NCBI GenBank assembly: GCA_000743035.1
Contig: CP008936.1
Span: 1,440,001-1,472,000, forward strand
DNA: 32,000 nucleotides
Reading direction: 5' to 3'
Source: Candidatus Paracaedimonas acanthamoebae
Lineage (GTDB): Bacteria > Pseudomonadota > Alphaproteobacteria > Caedimonadales > Caedimonadaceae
The notes beneath the pieces were generated by a model. That model was not told the origin of the DNA. It made no database searches and was given only the letters and a program-made list of their open reading frames with translations. This document shows positions 18,632 through 28,030 of the stretch, piece after piece; position 1 is the first letter of the stretch, and each line of letters begins with the position of its first letter. A program made the translations under genes and the position numbers.

Positions 18632-19756
18632 ATGTACGTGCTTCAAACGATGGTTCACACAGTCATTCCATTCTTGGTTATTTTATCGCTTCTTGTCTTC
18701 GTCCATGAACTTGGACATTTTTGGGCAGCGCGTCGAAATGGTGTGAAAGTCGAAGTCTTTTCAATTGGATTTGGCCCTGAAGTTTTTGGATGGAACGATA
18801 ATAAGGGAACGCGCTGGAAAGTAAGCGCTTTACCTTTAGGCGGTTATGTCCGAATGTTTTCAGACCTTAATGCCGCGAGCCAACCCGACCAAGAACGTAT
18901 TGCTCAAATGACCGAAGAAGAAAAGCAGCAATCTCTCTTTCATAAATCCGTCTGGCAAAGAATTTGCATTTCTGCAGCCGGCCCTCTTGCAAATTATCTT
19001 TTTGCGGCAATTTTAATGACAGGACTATATATCTTTGTCGGACAACGAATTCCTGCAGAAACAGCAAAAATCGGCCAAATTATGCCAGAAAGCGCTGCCG
19101 CTCTTGCAGGGCTCAGAAGTGACGATGTCGTTCAACAAATCAATGGGAGTTCCATTGTTTCCTTTAATGACATGTACACTCTTGTCCGAGAAAATCCAGG
19201 GAAAGAATTAACTTTTGTCATCAATCGTGAAAATCAACCTTTAACACTTAAGGTGATTCCTCAGGAAGCCAAAGAAGGGGATCTAACCGTCGGGCGCCTT
19301 GGTGTCACCCATGGCACAATAGATATAAAGCATCCTATTTATTCCGCCCCTTTTTATGCTCTTTGGGATTGTCTCAAATTCACCTCGCAAGCTTTTATTT
19401 CAATAGGCCAAATTCTCACAGGTAAAAAATCAACAGAAGGATTAAGTGGCCCCATTGGTATCGCCACAATGACCGGCGAAATCATGCAAAAAGAATTCAC
19501 TGAAGTTTTATGGTTCTGTATCTTTTTATCGCTTAATCTAGGTTTTTTAAATCTTCTTCCAATTCCAATGTTTGATGGTGGCCATCTTCTTTTTTATTTT
19601 ATTGAAGCTATTCGAGGAAAAGCCGTCAGCGAAAAAGCACAAGAAATTGCCTATCGAATTGGTTTTACTTTCGTTATTTTCCTTGTTGTATTTTCAACAT
19701 GGAATGATCTTTCACGCTTAAAAGTGCTGGAATTTCTAAAAAATATTTTTGGATAA
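18632..19756 (+). CDS. rseP: RIP metalloprotease RseP (M50, PDZ-containing)
   Basis: It has HELGHF in TM1, a central PDZ region and the C-terminal NLLPIPMFDGGHL motif, and sits directly upstream of bamA. The ATG at 18632 is preferred over the TTG at 18575. Confidence 0.92.
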   Translation: MYVLQTMVHTVIPFLVILSLLVFVHELGHFWAARRNGVKVEVFSIGFGPEVFGWNDNKGTRWKVSALPLGGYVRMFSDLNAASQPDQERIAQMTEEEKQQSLFHKSVWQRICISAAGPLANYLFAAILMTGLYIFVGQRIPAETAKIGQIMPESAAALAGLRSDDVVQQINGSSIVSFNDMYTLVRENPGKELTFVINRENQPLTLKVIPQEAKEGDLTVGRLGVTHGTIDIKHPIYSAPFYALWDCLKFTSQAFISIGQILTGKKSTEGLSGPIGIATMTGEIMQKEFTEVLWFCIFLSLNLGFLNLLPIPMFDGGHLLFYFIEAIRGKAVSEKAQEIAYRIGFTFVIFLVVFSTWNDLSRLKVLEFLKNIFG

Positions 19757-19771
19757 ACAATTAAGGGTTTG

Positions 19772-22054
19772 ATGAGAGGTTTTGTGATTGTGAGCAATTT
19801 TATTCGTTTCTTTTGTATTTTTGCATTTTTGATGACTTACCAAGGGAAGGCTCTCCACGCCTCCACTCTTATTCAAGACATTCAAATCCAAGGAAATCAA
19901 CGCATTGAAAAAGAAACTATTTTAGCGCAAATTGAGTTAGTGCCTGGAAAAGTCTACAACCAAGAAGAAATAGACCAAGCTCTCAAAAACTTATTCGCCT
20001 CAGGCCTTTTTACGGATACTCGCCTTGAGGTCAAAGGACATACTTTAATAATCCATATTAAAGAAAATCCTATTGTAAATCAGGTTGTTATTGAAGGAAA
20101 CGATAAACTTTCTGATGATCTCCTTAAAGGTGAATTGCAACTGCGTCCTCGCCAAGTATACACACTCACACGACTTAGGAATGATACTCAGCGCATTCAA
20201 GATTTATACCGATTGAAAGGATATTTTGCGGCCGTTGTTACGCCTCAAATCATTAAGCGTGAACAAAACAGAGTTGATGTGGTGTTTGAAGTAAAAGAAG
20301 GTCACGCAACTGTTGTGCGCAAGATTTTTTTTATTGGAAATAAAAAATTTAGCGAAAGCAAACTTGAAAGCGCCATTCAAACAAAAGAAACTCGCTGGTA
20401 TCGTTTCTTTACCTCAGATGACACTTTTGACTCTGACCGCCTTTCTTATGACAAGGAACTACTTCGGAAGTTTTATCTTGAACATGGTTATGCAGATTTT
20501 CAAATTAAGTCTGCCGTTGCTGAACTAACACCTGATCGTGAGGAATTTTTTATTACTTTCACCCTTGAAGAAGGTGAACGCTATCAAGTTGGTGAAGTAA
20601 AAATTAGCACTGATTTTAAAGGGCTTAATACTAAAATTTTAGAAAAGAAAATACCTTTTACCTCAGGCGATTGGTACAGCAATAAAGAAGTTGAGAACAC
20701 CATTAACCTTTTAGTTGATGAACTTGGCAGCCTTGGTTATGCTTTCGTCGATATTCAACCACAAATCCAAAAAAATACTGATAAGCACCTTCTCGATATT
20801 ACCTTTGTCATTCAAGAAGGCCCCAAAGTTTACATTAATAATATTGATATTATTGGAAACGATCGCACGGATGATGAGGTGATTCGCCGAGAAATTGAGC
20901 TCGATGAAGGAGATGCTTTTAACTCCAATAAGATGAAACATTCGGAAAAACGTATTAAGGACTTAGGCTTTTTCAAGAAAGTCACATTAACTAAACAACC
21001 TTCAGATAATCCTGATAAAGCCGATATTAAAATAGAAATCGAAGAAGACCGCACTGGTGAGCTTAGTTTTGGTGGTGGATTTTCTACAGCAGATGGTCCT
21101 TTAGCTGATATTCGCTTTGCTGAACACAATTTTAGAGGAAAAGGTCAAGATCTTCGAGCTGGCATCACTTATGGAAAACATCGGCAAGAATACAATTTTG
21201 GTCTTACTGAGCCTTATTTCTTAGGTCGAGAACTTATGGCTGGATTTGACGTTTACCGTGTCACTCGGACTCGTTATCTTGATGCATCTTACGATCAACA
21301 AGTTCATGGACTATCGTTGCTTATGGGCTATATGTTGTCTGAAAACTTAAGTCAACTTTGGGCTTATACAATTCAATCAGATAAAGTGACCCACATGAAA
21401 GCAAGTGCGTCTAGATTTCTTCGAGCCCAACCACGTAATTCAATCCTTTCAGATATAATCCATACATTGACCTATGATCGAAGAGACAGCAAGATTGATC
21501 CCACAACTGGTTATTGCCTTAGTTTAACTAATGAATTTGCAGGACTTGGGGGAACAATTAAATATTTTAAGAACCAAGTAAGTGGAAGCCATTTTTATTC
21601 ATTCTCAGATGATTGGGTTTTAGAAGTAAGTGCTCGATATGGTGTTATGGTGGAAATGGGTAAAAAAACACGTATTGCAGATCGTTATATTTTAGGGGGG
21701 GATACATTGAGAGGATTTTCGCCAGGTGGTGTCTCTCCACGTGATAAAACAACAAAAGATGCCTTAGGAGGACATCAATTTTATTCTGGCTCTCTTGAGC
21801 TGACGTTCCCTATAGGTCTACCGAATGAATTTGGTGTCAAAGGCGCGATTTTTTCAGATGTAGGAAGTGTCTGGCAATCAAAAGAGAGAGGGCCTGAAGT
21901 TTTTGATAATAAGAAACCTCGTGCTTCTGTTGGAGTGGGTTTACGCTGGAAATCTCCTATGGGCCCATTACGCATTGATATTGCAAAAGCAATTGCAAAA
22001 AATAAATTAGATGAGAGACAGGTTGTCTTGTTTGGTTTTTCAACACGTTGGTAG
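19772..22054 (+). CDS. bamA: outer membrane protein assembly factor BamA
   Basis: About 760 aa with a signal peptide, POTRA repeats (I..I.I.GN.R) and a C-terminal beta-barrel ending in the aromatic terminus (FGFSTRW). Confidence 0.95.
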   Translation: MRGFVIVSNFIRFFCIFAFLMTYQGKALHASTLIQDIQIQGNQRIEKETILAQIELVPGKVYNQEEIDQALKNLFASGLFTDTRLEVKGHTLIIHIKENPIVNQVVIEGNDKLSDDLLKGELQLRPRQVYTLTRLRNDTQRIQDLYRLKGYFAAVVTPQIIKREQNRVDVVFEVKEGHATVVRKIFFIGNKKFSESKLESAIQTKETRWYRFFTSDDTFDSDRLSYDKELLRKFYLEHGYADFQIKSAVAELTPDREEFFITFTLEEGERYQVGEVKISTDFKGLNTKILEKKIPFTSGDWYSNKEVENTINLLVDELGSLGYAFVDIQPQIQKNTDKHLLDITFVIQEGPKVYINNIDIIGNDRTDDEVIRREIELDEGDAFNSNKMKHSEKRIKDLGFFKKVTLTKQPSDNPDKADIKIEIEEDRTGELSFGGGFSTADGPLADIRFAEHNFRGKGQDLRAGITYGKHRQEYNFGLTEPYFLGRELMAGFDVYRVTRTRYLDASYDQQVHGLSLLMGYMLSENLSQLWAYTIQSDKVTHMKASASRFLRAQPRNSILSDIIHTLTYDRRDSKIDPTTGYCLSLTNEFAGLGGTIKYFKNQVSGSHFYSFSDDWVLEVSARYGVMVEMGKKTRIADRYILGGDTLRGFSPGGVSPRDKTTKDALGGHQFYSGSLELTFPIGLPNEFGVKGAIFSDVGSVWQSKERGPEVFDNKKPRASVGVGLRWKSPMGPLRIDIAKAIAKNKLDERQVVLFGFSTRW

Positions 22055-22066
22055 AAAGGAAAAAAT

Positions 22067-22621
22067 ATGAAATTATTAACTTCAAAATTATTGTTGGTAG
22101 GCTGTTTGAGTATAGGAATGTTAGCTTCTCCTCTTGACGCCGCAGAAGATCCCTTAAAAGTTGCTGTTGTTGATGTAGACAAGCTTATGCAAGCCTCAAA
22201 ATCAGCAAAACAGCTTATTACTGAATTAGAAAAACAACGCTCTAAGTTCCAAGAAGAAGTTTCTAAACATGAAATAAAATTGCGTGAGCTTGAAAAAAAA
22301 TTAATTGAAGAACAAAAAAAACTCTCACCCGATGAATTTAATAAAAAACGTGAAGAATTTGAGCGCCAAGTCGCTCAAGTTCATGAAAAAGTTGGTAAAC
22401 GCCGTGAGCAGCTTGAAAAAGCTTTCAGTGATGCACGTGAAGATATTCAAAAAGTTATTCTTAAGCTTGTTGTGGAAGCTTCAGAAAAGAACAAATACAC
22501 GCTTGTCATTCCTCGCTCTGTTGTTATCTTTAGAGCGGATCACCATGAAATTACCGATGCAATTCTCAAACAATTAGACGAAAAGCTTCCTAAGGTCGAT
22601 TTTAAGGTGCCAGCAGCTTAA
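22067..22621 (+). CDS. skp: periplasmic chaperone Skp/OmpH
   Basis: 184 aa with a signal peptide and a Lys/Glu-rich coiled-coil body. It sits between bamA and lpxD. Confidence 0.88.
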   Translation: MKLLTSKLLLVGCLSIGMLASPLDAAEDPLKVAVVDVDKLMQASKSAKQLITELEKQRSKFQEEVSKHEIKLRELEKKLIEEQKKLSPDEFNKKREEFERQVAQVHEKVGKRREQLEKAFSDAREDIQKVILKLVVEASEKNKYTLVIPRSVVIFRADHHEITDAILKQLDEKLPKVDFKVPAA

Positions 22622-22634
22622 AAAATATCAAATG

Positions 22635-22670
22635 AAGCATAGGAAGCTTATAAACTTCCTATGCTTTCTT
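22635..22670 (+). terminator. candidate intrinsic terminator or attenuating hairpin after skp
   Basis: A perfect 12-bp stem, AAGCATAGGAAG (22635-22646) with CTTCCTATGCTT (22655-22666), encloses an 8-nt loop and is followed by TCTT. The T-tail is short. Confidence 0.5.
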
Positions 22671-22695
22671 AACCTGAATAAAACTTATACAAAAG

Positions 22696-23739
22696 ATGAT
22701 TGATTCTCGCTTTTATCATTCTCACGGACCACTAAGTCTCAAAAGAATTTCTGAACTTTCTGAAACAGAGCTTATCCTTCCTAAAGAAAGACAACTTCAT
22801 GAAGATAGCCTTATCATCGGGCTTGCTCCCTTAGAAGAGGCAACTCCTTCAGATTTAGCCATGCTTCATAACCCAAATTATAAGGATATTTTTACAAAAA
22901 GCAAAGCAGGTGCGTGTTTTATTTCACCCGATATGGTCACGCAGGCCCCTTCTTCAATGGCTTTATTGGTTACCCCAAAACCGCAGCGTGCTTATGCCCT
23001 TGTCGCCTCAACTTTTTACCCCGAACCTGAAGGTGGCTTTGTGCCCATGACAGAGCCAATCCACCCTTCGGCTGAGCTTGGTGAAAATGTCATTGTAGAA
23101 TATGGCGCTATTATTAAAGAACACGCAAAAATTGGTAACAATACACACATTGGCGCAAACTCTGTGATTAGTGCTGGAGTTACCATTGGTGAAGGGTGCA
23201 AGATTGGAGCAGGTGTGACTATTTCTCATGCTCTTATTGGAAACCATGTTACTATCTTTCCTGGCGCTAGAATTGGGCAAGCTGGATTCGGGTTTGTGAT
23301 GGATGAATTGGGTCATATTCCTGTTCCCCAATTAGGCCGAGTGATTATTGAGGATTACGTAGAGATTGGCGCCAATACAACGATCGATCGTGGATCTTTA
23401 AGAGATACAATTATTGGGCAAGGCTCAAGGCTTGATAATCTTGTCATGATCGCACATAACGTGGTCCTTGGAAAAGGTTGTATTCTTGTAGCACAAGTCG
23501 GAATTGCTGGCAGTACAACACTCGGAAATCATGTCATTGCTGCTGGACAAGCGGGTCTTGTTGGGCATTTAAAGATTGGCAATGGCGTAAAAATTGGAGC
23601 TCAGAGTGGTGTTATGAAAAATATTAAAGATGGAGAGACCGTGGCTGGGAGCCCTGCCATCCCCATTCAAGATTTTCTACGACAAACTGTAATGCTTTCA
23701 AAAATAACGAAAGATCATCAAAAAAAGAAAGAAAAGTAA
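22696..23739 (+). CDS. lpxD: UDP-3-O-acylglucosamine N-acyltransferase
   Basis: The N-terminal LpxD domain is followed by a long left-handed beta-helix of hexapeptide repeats. It occupies the conserved lpxD-fabZ-lpxA position. Confidence 0.93.
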   Translation: MIDSRFYHSHGPLSLKRISELSETELILPKERQLHEDSLIIGLAPLEEATPSDLAMLHNPNYKDIFTKSKAGACFISPDMVTQAPSSMALLVTPKPQRAYALVASTFYPEPEGGFVPMTEPIHPSAELGENVIVEYGAIIKEHAKIGNNTHIGANSVISAGVTIGEGCKIGAGVTISHALIGNHVTIFPGARIGQAGFGFVMDELGHIPVPQLGRVIIEDYVEIGANTTIDRGSLRDTIIGQGSRLDNLVMIAHNVVLGKGCILVAQVGIAGSTTLGNHVIAAGQAGLVGHLKIGNGVKIGAQSGVMKNIKDGETVAGSPAIPIQDFLRQTVMLSKITKDHQKKKEK

Positions 23740-24203
23740 TGACTGAAACAGCTGGAAAGGTTCAGATGTATAACCTTGATCATGAGCAAATCTTAAAACT
23801 AATTCCTCATCGCTATCCCATGCTCCTGGTTGATAGAGCAGAAAATGTTATTCCTTTTGAAAGTGGCGTTGGGATTAAAAATGTCACCTTTAATGAGCCC
23901 TTTTTTCAAGGTCACTTTCCAGGACATCCTGTAATGCCTGGGGTTCTAATTGTTGAAGCTTTGGCACAGACCGCGGGCATCGTGGTTGCTCAAGGATTGG
24001 ATTCCGCCGAAGAACGGCTCGTTTATTTTTTGGCTATTGATGAAGCACGCTTCCGCCTACCCATCCTTCCTGGCCAACAACTTCAACTTTGTGTGCAAAA
24101 AATTCAGAATCGTCGTAATATTTGGAAATTTAAAGGAGAGGCTTTGGTCGATGGAAAAATTCATGCTGAAGCTATTTGTACCGCGATGATAGGGGAACGT
24201 TAA
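23739..24203 (+). CDS. fabZ: 3-hydroxyacyl-ACP dehydratase FabZ
   Basis: The hot-dog fold signature is present (LPHRYPMLLVDR, FFQGHFPGHPVMPGVLIVEALAQ). A TAATG overlap joins it to lpxD. Confidence 0.95.
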   Translation: MTETAGKVQMYNLDHEQILKLIPHRYPMLLVDRAENVIPFESGVGIKNVTFNEPFFQGHFPGHPVMPGVLIVEALAQTAGIVVAQGLDSAEERLVYFLAIDEARFRLPILPGQQLQLCVQKIQNRRNIWKFKGEALVDGKIHAEAICTAMIGER

Positions 24204-25024
24204 TGGTAGAAACTTCAACCGCTAGCGCTTCCGAGACACAAATTCATCCGACAGCTGTCGTTGAACCCACTGTTCAGTTAGGTAAAGGTGTAAAGATTGG
24301 ACCTTACTGTGTCCTTTCAGGAGATGTCATCCTTGAAGATGAAGTCCACCTCATTTCTCATGTCGTTATTGCGGGAAACACAAGAATAGGTGAAAAGACA
24401 ACAATCTATCCTTTTGCTTCTATTGGCCATCTTCCTCAAGACTTAAAACATAAAGGTGAACTTTCTCTTCTTAAAATTGGAAAGCATAATGTGATTCGAG
24501 AATATGTGACAATGCAAGGAGGCACAGAAGGAGGAGGATTAGTCACAACAATTGGTGATCATTGCTTTTTTATGGCAAGCTCCCATGTCGCTCATGACTG
24601 TATGCTCGGAAACAATATTATTATGGCAAATTGTGCAACGCTTGCTGGTCATGTTCAGGTTGCTGACTATGCTATTATCGGTGGCCTTTCTGCAATTCAT
24701 CAATTTGTCCGCATTGGTCAACATGCCATCATTGGTGGAATGAGCGCTGTTGAAGACGATGTCATTCCTTATGGCTCTGTCAAAGGTGATCGCGCAAATC
24801 TTTATGGAATCAACCTGATTGGCTTAAAACGTCGGGGGTTTACCCGAGAAACAGTCGAATCTTTAAGATCTGCCTATAAAGATATCTTTGAAGGGGCTCT
24901 CCCCCTAAAAGAACGTGCTGAGCAAGCTGTTCAAAAATATAAGAATGAGCCATCTGTAAAAGAAGTGATAGAATTTATTCTTTCTCCAGAAGCTAAACGC
25001 CCTATTTGTGTTCCTAAAAGCTGA
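24203..25024 (+). CDS. lpxA: acyl-ACP--UDP-GlcNAc O-acyltransferase
   Basis: IHPTAVV leads into hexapeptide repeats, followed by the C-terminal helical domain. The ATG at 24203 overlaps the fabZ stop (TAATG). The upstream 9 codons of the maximal ORF lie inside fabZ. Confidence 0.94.
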   Translation: MVETSTASASETQIHPTAVVEPTVQLGKGVKIGPYCVLSGDVILEDEVHLISHVVIAGNTRIGEKTTIYPFASIGHLPQDLKHKGELSLLKIGKHNVIREYVTMQGGTEGGGLVTTIGDHCFFMASSHVAHDCMLGNNIIMANCATLAGHVQVADYAIIGGLSAIHQFVRIGQHAIIGGMSAVEDDVIPYGSVKGDRANLYGINLIGLKRRGFTRETVESLRSAYKDIFEGALPLKERAEQAVQKYKNEPSVKEVIEFILSPEAKRPICVPKS

Positions 25025-25860
25025 TGTCACAAACTTCCCTATCTAAATTAGGCATTATTGCAGGCGCAGGACAATTGCCACGAAAGATTATCGAAGTTTG
25101 CGTCCAACAAGGTCGTCAGTTCTCTATCATTGCTTTTGAAAATCAAACAGATCCTCAATTAATTGAAAATCTGCCTCATATCTGGTGTAGATTAGGGCAA
25201 ACAAAGAAAGCTCTTGATTACTTAAAGCAACAGGGCGTCCAAGAAATTGTCATGGTAGGTCCTATCAAACGACCATCCTGGAGTGAATTAAAGCCAGATG
25301 CTTTTACAGCAACTTGGCTTGCAAAACATCTTCACAAGATTTTGGGTGATGACTCTTTGTTACGTGCCATCATTCACCTGATTGAATGCGAAGGTTTTAC
25401 CGTGGTAAGTGCCGAGAATATTATTGGAAACTCTCTTTTAGCACCCCATGGCGTGCTAGGGAAACATCGGCCTGATTCACAAGATCAACAAGATATTTCT
25501 TTAGGTCTTAAAATTGCAACTATTTTGGGAAGTTGCGATGTCGGTCAAGCTGTTATGATTCAACAAGGCCTTGTACTAGGTGTTGAAGCCATTGAAGGAA
25601 CCGAAGCTCTTCTTAAGAGATGCGCCAGTCTTAAACGCGCGGGCTCTGGCGGTGTTCTGGTTAAAATTACGAAACCACAACAAGAAGTGCGAGTGGATAG
25701 GCCCACTGTTGGACTTGAGACTCTCAAGAGAATTCAAGAAGGAGGCTTTAGAGGACTTGCTGTAGAAGCCTTCGGTGTTATTATGCTGAACAAAGAGGAG
25801 ATGATTCAATTTGCCGATGAACACCAGCTCTTTCTTATTGGAGTTGAGAGAAGAGAATGA
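25024..25860 (+). CDS. lpxI: UDP-2,3-diacylglucosamine pyrophosphatase LpxI (DUF1009 family)
   Basis: 278 aa located between lpxA and lpxB, as in Caulobacter and other Alphaproteobacteria. The sequence (LGIIAGAGQLP..., QAVMIQQGLVLGVEAIEGT) is consistent with LpxI. Confidence 0.85.
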   Translation: MSQTSLSKLGIIAGAGQLPRKIIEVCVQQGRQFSIIAFENQTDPQLIENLPHIWCRLGQTKKALDYLKQQGVQEIVMVGPIKRPSWSELKPDAFTATWLAKHLHKILGDDSLLRAIIHLIECEGFTVVSAENIIGNSLLAPHGVLGKHRPDSQDQQDISLGLKIATILGSCDVGQAVMIQQGLVLGVEAIEGTEALLKRCASLKRAGSGGVLVKITKPQQEVRVDRPTVGLETLKRIQEGGFRGLAVEAFGVIMLNKEEMIQFADEHQLFLIGVERRE

Positions 25861-27014
25861 AAACACCTCATATTTATCTTGTTGCTGGTGAAGCATCTGG
25901 CGACGTTATTGGGACTCGCTTGATAAAAGCCTTAAGAAAGAAAGTACCAAACTGCATTATTTCAGGAATTGGTGGACATCTTATGGCTGAGCAAGGTCTT
26001 CAATCTCTTTTCCCGCTTCAAGAATTGTCTATCATGGGGATTATGGAGGTTTTACCCCATATTCCTCGGATCTTAAAGCGCTTAAATGAAACTGAACAAG
26101 ATATCCTTTTAAAAAAACCAGACATCATTGTTACGATTGATGCTAAAGGATTTAGTTTTCGCTTAGCAAAGCGCCTAAAAAAATATGGTTTCCCTCTTGT
26201 TCACTACACAGCACCTTCTGTATGGGCATGGCGTCCAAAACGTGCTCAACAAATCGCACGTTTTTTAGATCACCTCTTAGTGCTTTTCCCCTTTGAACCT
26301 CCCTATTTTGAGAAGGTAGGCCTTCCGACAACTTTTGTGGGGCACCCCCTTACAGAAGAAAAATTTGATACATTTAAATCAGATGTGTTGAGAAAAAAAT
26401 TTTCTTTAAAAAAAGAGGAGAAGCTTATCTGCCTATTACCGGGAAGTCGAACTCGAGAAGTATCTTCTCTTCTTCCTGTTTTTATTAAATCCCTTCAGCA
26501 GCTCAATCAAAAAATAAAGAACTTTCGCTTGATTATTCCAACATTTCCTCATTTTGAAACTTACATTAGACAAGAGATGGAAAAAACTAACTTAAAGTTC
26601 TCTCTTATTACAGATGAACAAGGAAAGTATCAGGCTATGATTGCAAGCGATGCAGCAATTGCGGCATCTGGTACGGTTGCTTTAGAACTTGGTTTAACAC
26701 AAACCCCCTTTCTTATTGCGTATAAAGTCAACTCTTTGACGGCATTTATCTTAAAACGTCTCATCCGTATTCCTTATGCTTGTATGGTCAACATACTCCT
26801 CAATAAGCCTCTTGTTGGCGAATTTCTTCAAAAAAATTGTCGTCCAGATTTAATTTCCAACCATCTTTATGAAATTCTGCAAAAAGAAAATAATCAAGCG
26901 TTACGGCAAGAGCTCTCAACGATGAGAACACTTTTAACAAATAAGAATAAACAACCCAGTAAGCTTGCAGCTGAAACTATCTTAAAAATTTTAAAGAAAT
27001 ATCAAGAATCTTGA
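25857..27014 (+). CDS. lpxB: lipid-A-disaccharide synthase
   Basis: The N-terminal GEASGD motif is present, the length is 385 aa, and an ATGA overlap joins it to lpxI. Confidence 0.93.
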   Translation: MKTPHIYLVAGEASGDVIGTRLIKALRKKVPNCIISGIGGHLMAEQGLQSLFPLQELSIMGIMEVLPHIPRILKRLNETEQDILLKKPDIIVTIDAKGFSFRLAKRLKKYGFPLVHYTAPSVWAWRPKRAQQIARFLDHLLVLFPFEPPYFEKVGLPTTFVGHPLTEEKFDTFKSDVLRKKFSLKKEEKLICLLPGSRTREVSSLLPVFIKSLQQLNQKIKNFRLIIPTFPHFETYIRQEMEKTNLKFSLITDEQGKYQAMIASDAAIAASGTVALELGLTQTPFLIAYKVNSLTAFILKRLIRIPYACMVNILLNKPLVGEFLQKNCRPDLISNHLYEILQKENNQALRQELSTMRTLLTNKNKQPSKLAAETILKILKKYQES

Positions 27015-27042
27015 TATTCAATATTTAATATATCAGCTTATA

Positions 27043-27978
27043 ATGAGTGGGGTTATGGCAATTTCTCTTCTTCCTTGGTTTGGTTTTTTGGGACTTATTG
27101 CAATTTTGCTGGTCATCGATCTAGGTGTCCTTAATCGTAAAGATCATATTATTGCACCTCGTGAAGCAACTATTTGGAGCTGTATTTGGATTGGCTTAGC
27201 TCTTTTATTTAATTTAGGAATTTTTGTCTTAAAAGGATCCCAAGCCGGTTTAGAATTCTTCACAGGATACCTTATTGAAAAATCACTTAGTTTAGATAAT
27301 ATTTTTGTCTTTGTATTGATTTTCAAATACTTTTCTTTATCACCTCATCTTTATCATCGCGTCTTATTTTGGGGTGTCTTAGGAGCAATTCTAATGAGGC
27401 TTGTTCTCATCTTTGCGGGACTTGAGCTTCTTGAGAGATTCTCTTGGGTTTTTTATGTTTTTGGTGCCATTCTTATTTATTCTGGTATTCAAATGTCAAA
27501 ACAGCAAGAGCATCTTAATACTTTAAGCCAGAATAAATTTGTAAATTTTATTAAGCGCTTTATTCCTATTACTGAAGATTATATGGGCAATCGTTTTTTC
27601 ACCAGAAGAAATGGTAAATTGATGGCCACGCCTCTCTTCCTTGTTCTCATCAGCATCGAAATAAGTGATCTCGTTTTTGCAGTTGATTCTATTCCTGCAA
27701 TTCTTGCCGTCACTTTAGATCCATTTATTGTGTACACTTCAAATATATTTGCTATTCTTGGATTGCGCTCTTTGTTTTTTCTTATCGCCAATCTATTGCC
27801 GCGTTTTTATTACTTAAAACATGCTTTATCGGTCGTCCTTATTTTTGTTGGATGTAAAATGCTTATTCACCAAGCTTATAAAGTTCCGATTCAGATATCG
27901 TTAGGAATTATTTTATTTATCTTCTTTATTGCAATTATCGCCTCAATACGCCGTAAAGCTCCTGTAGAAGAGAAATAA
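27043..27978 (+). CDS. TerC-family integral membrane protein
   Basis: A polytopic protein with TerC motifs (EKSLSLDNIFVF; DLVFAVDSIPAILAVT). An alternative ATG exists at 27055. Confidence 0.85.
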   Translation: MSGVMAISLLPWFGFLGLIAILLVIDLGVLNRKDHIIAPREATIWSCIWIGLALLFNLGIFVLKGSQAGLEFFTGYLIEKSLSLDNIFVFVLIFKYFSLSPHLYHRVLFWGVLGAILMRLVLIFAGLELLERFSWVFYVFGAILIYSGIQMSKQQEHLNTLSQNKFVNFIKRFIPITEDYMGNRFFTRRNGKLMATPLFLVLISIEISDLVFAVDSIPAILAVTLDPFIVYTSNIFAILGLRSLFFLIANLLPRFYYLKHALSVVLIFVGCKMLIHQAYKVPIQISLGIILFIFFIAIIASIRRKAPVEEK

Positions 27979-28030
27979 GCCTTCCTCTTATAAAAAACAA
28001 AAACTGGAATACGAATACCGCGCTTTCTTC

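Noticed and set aside
23008-23331. Antisense or alternative-frame ORFs of 60-133 aa lie inside well-supported genes. Examples are 23008-23331 and 23016-23201 in lpxD, 25576-25896 in lpxI, 21781-22182 across bamA/skp, 14279-14629 in the EamA gene, 10810-11094 and 12714-12980 in acnA, and 1226-1937 in secD.
   Set aside because: Each lies entirely within a CDS that has clear family motifs on the other strand or frame. Their translations are low-complexity or compositionally odd and have no ribosome-binding sites. Hexapeptide-repeat and TM-rich genes commonly leave such shadow ORFs.
27015-27042. TerC-family genes in some bacteria are preceded by a yybP-ykoY (Mn) riboswitch, so I looked for one here.
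   Set aside because: The lpxB to TerC gap is only 28 nt, far too short for that riboswitch.
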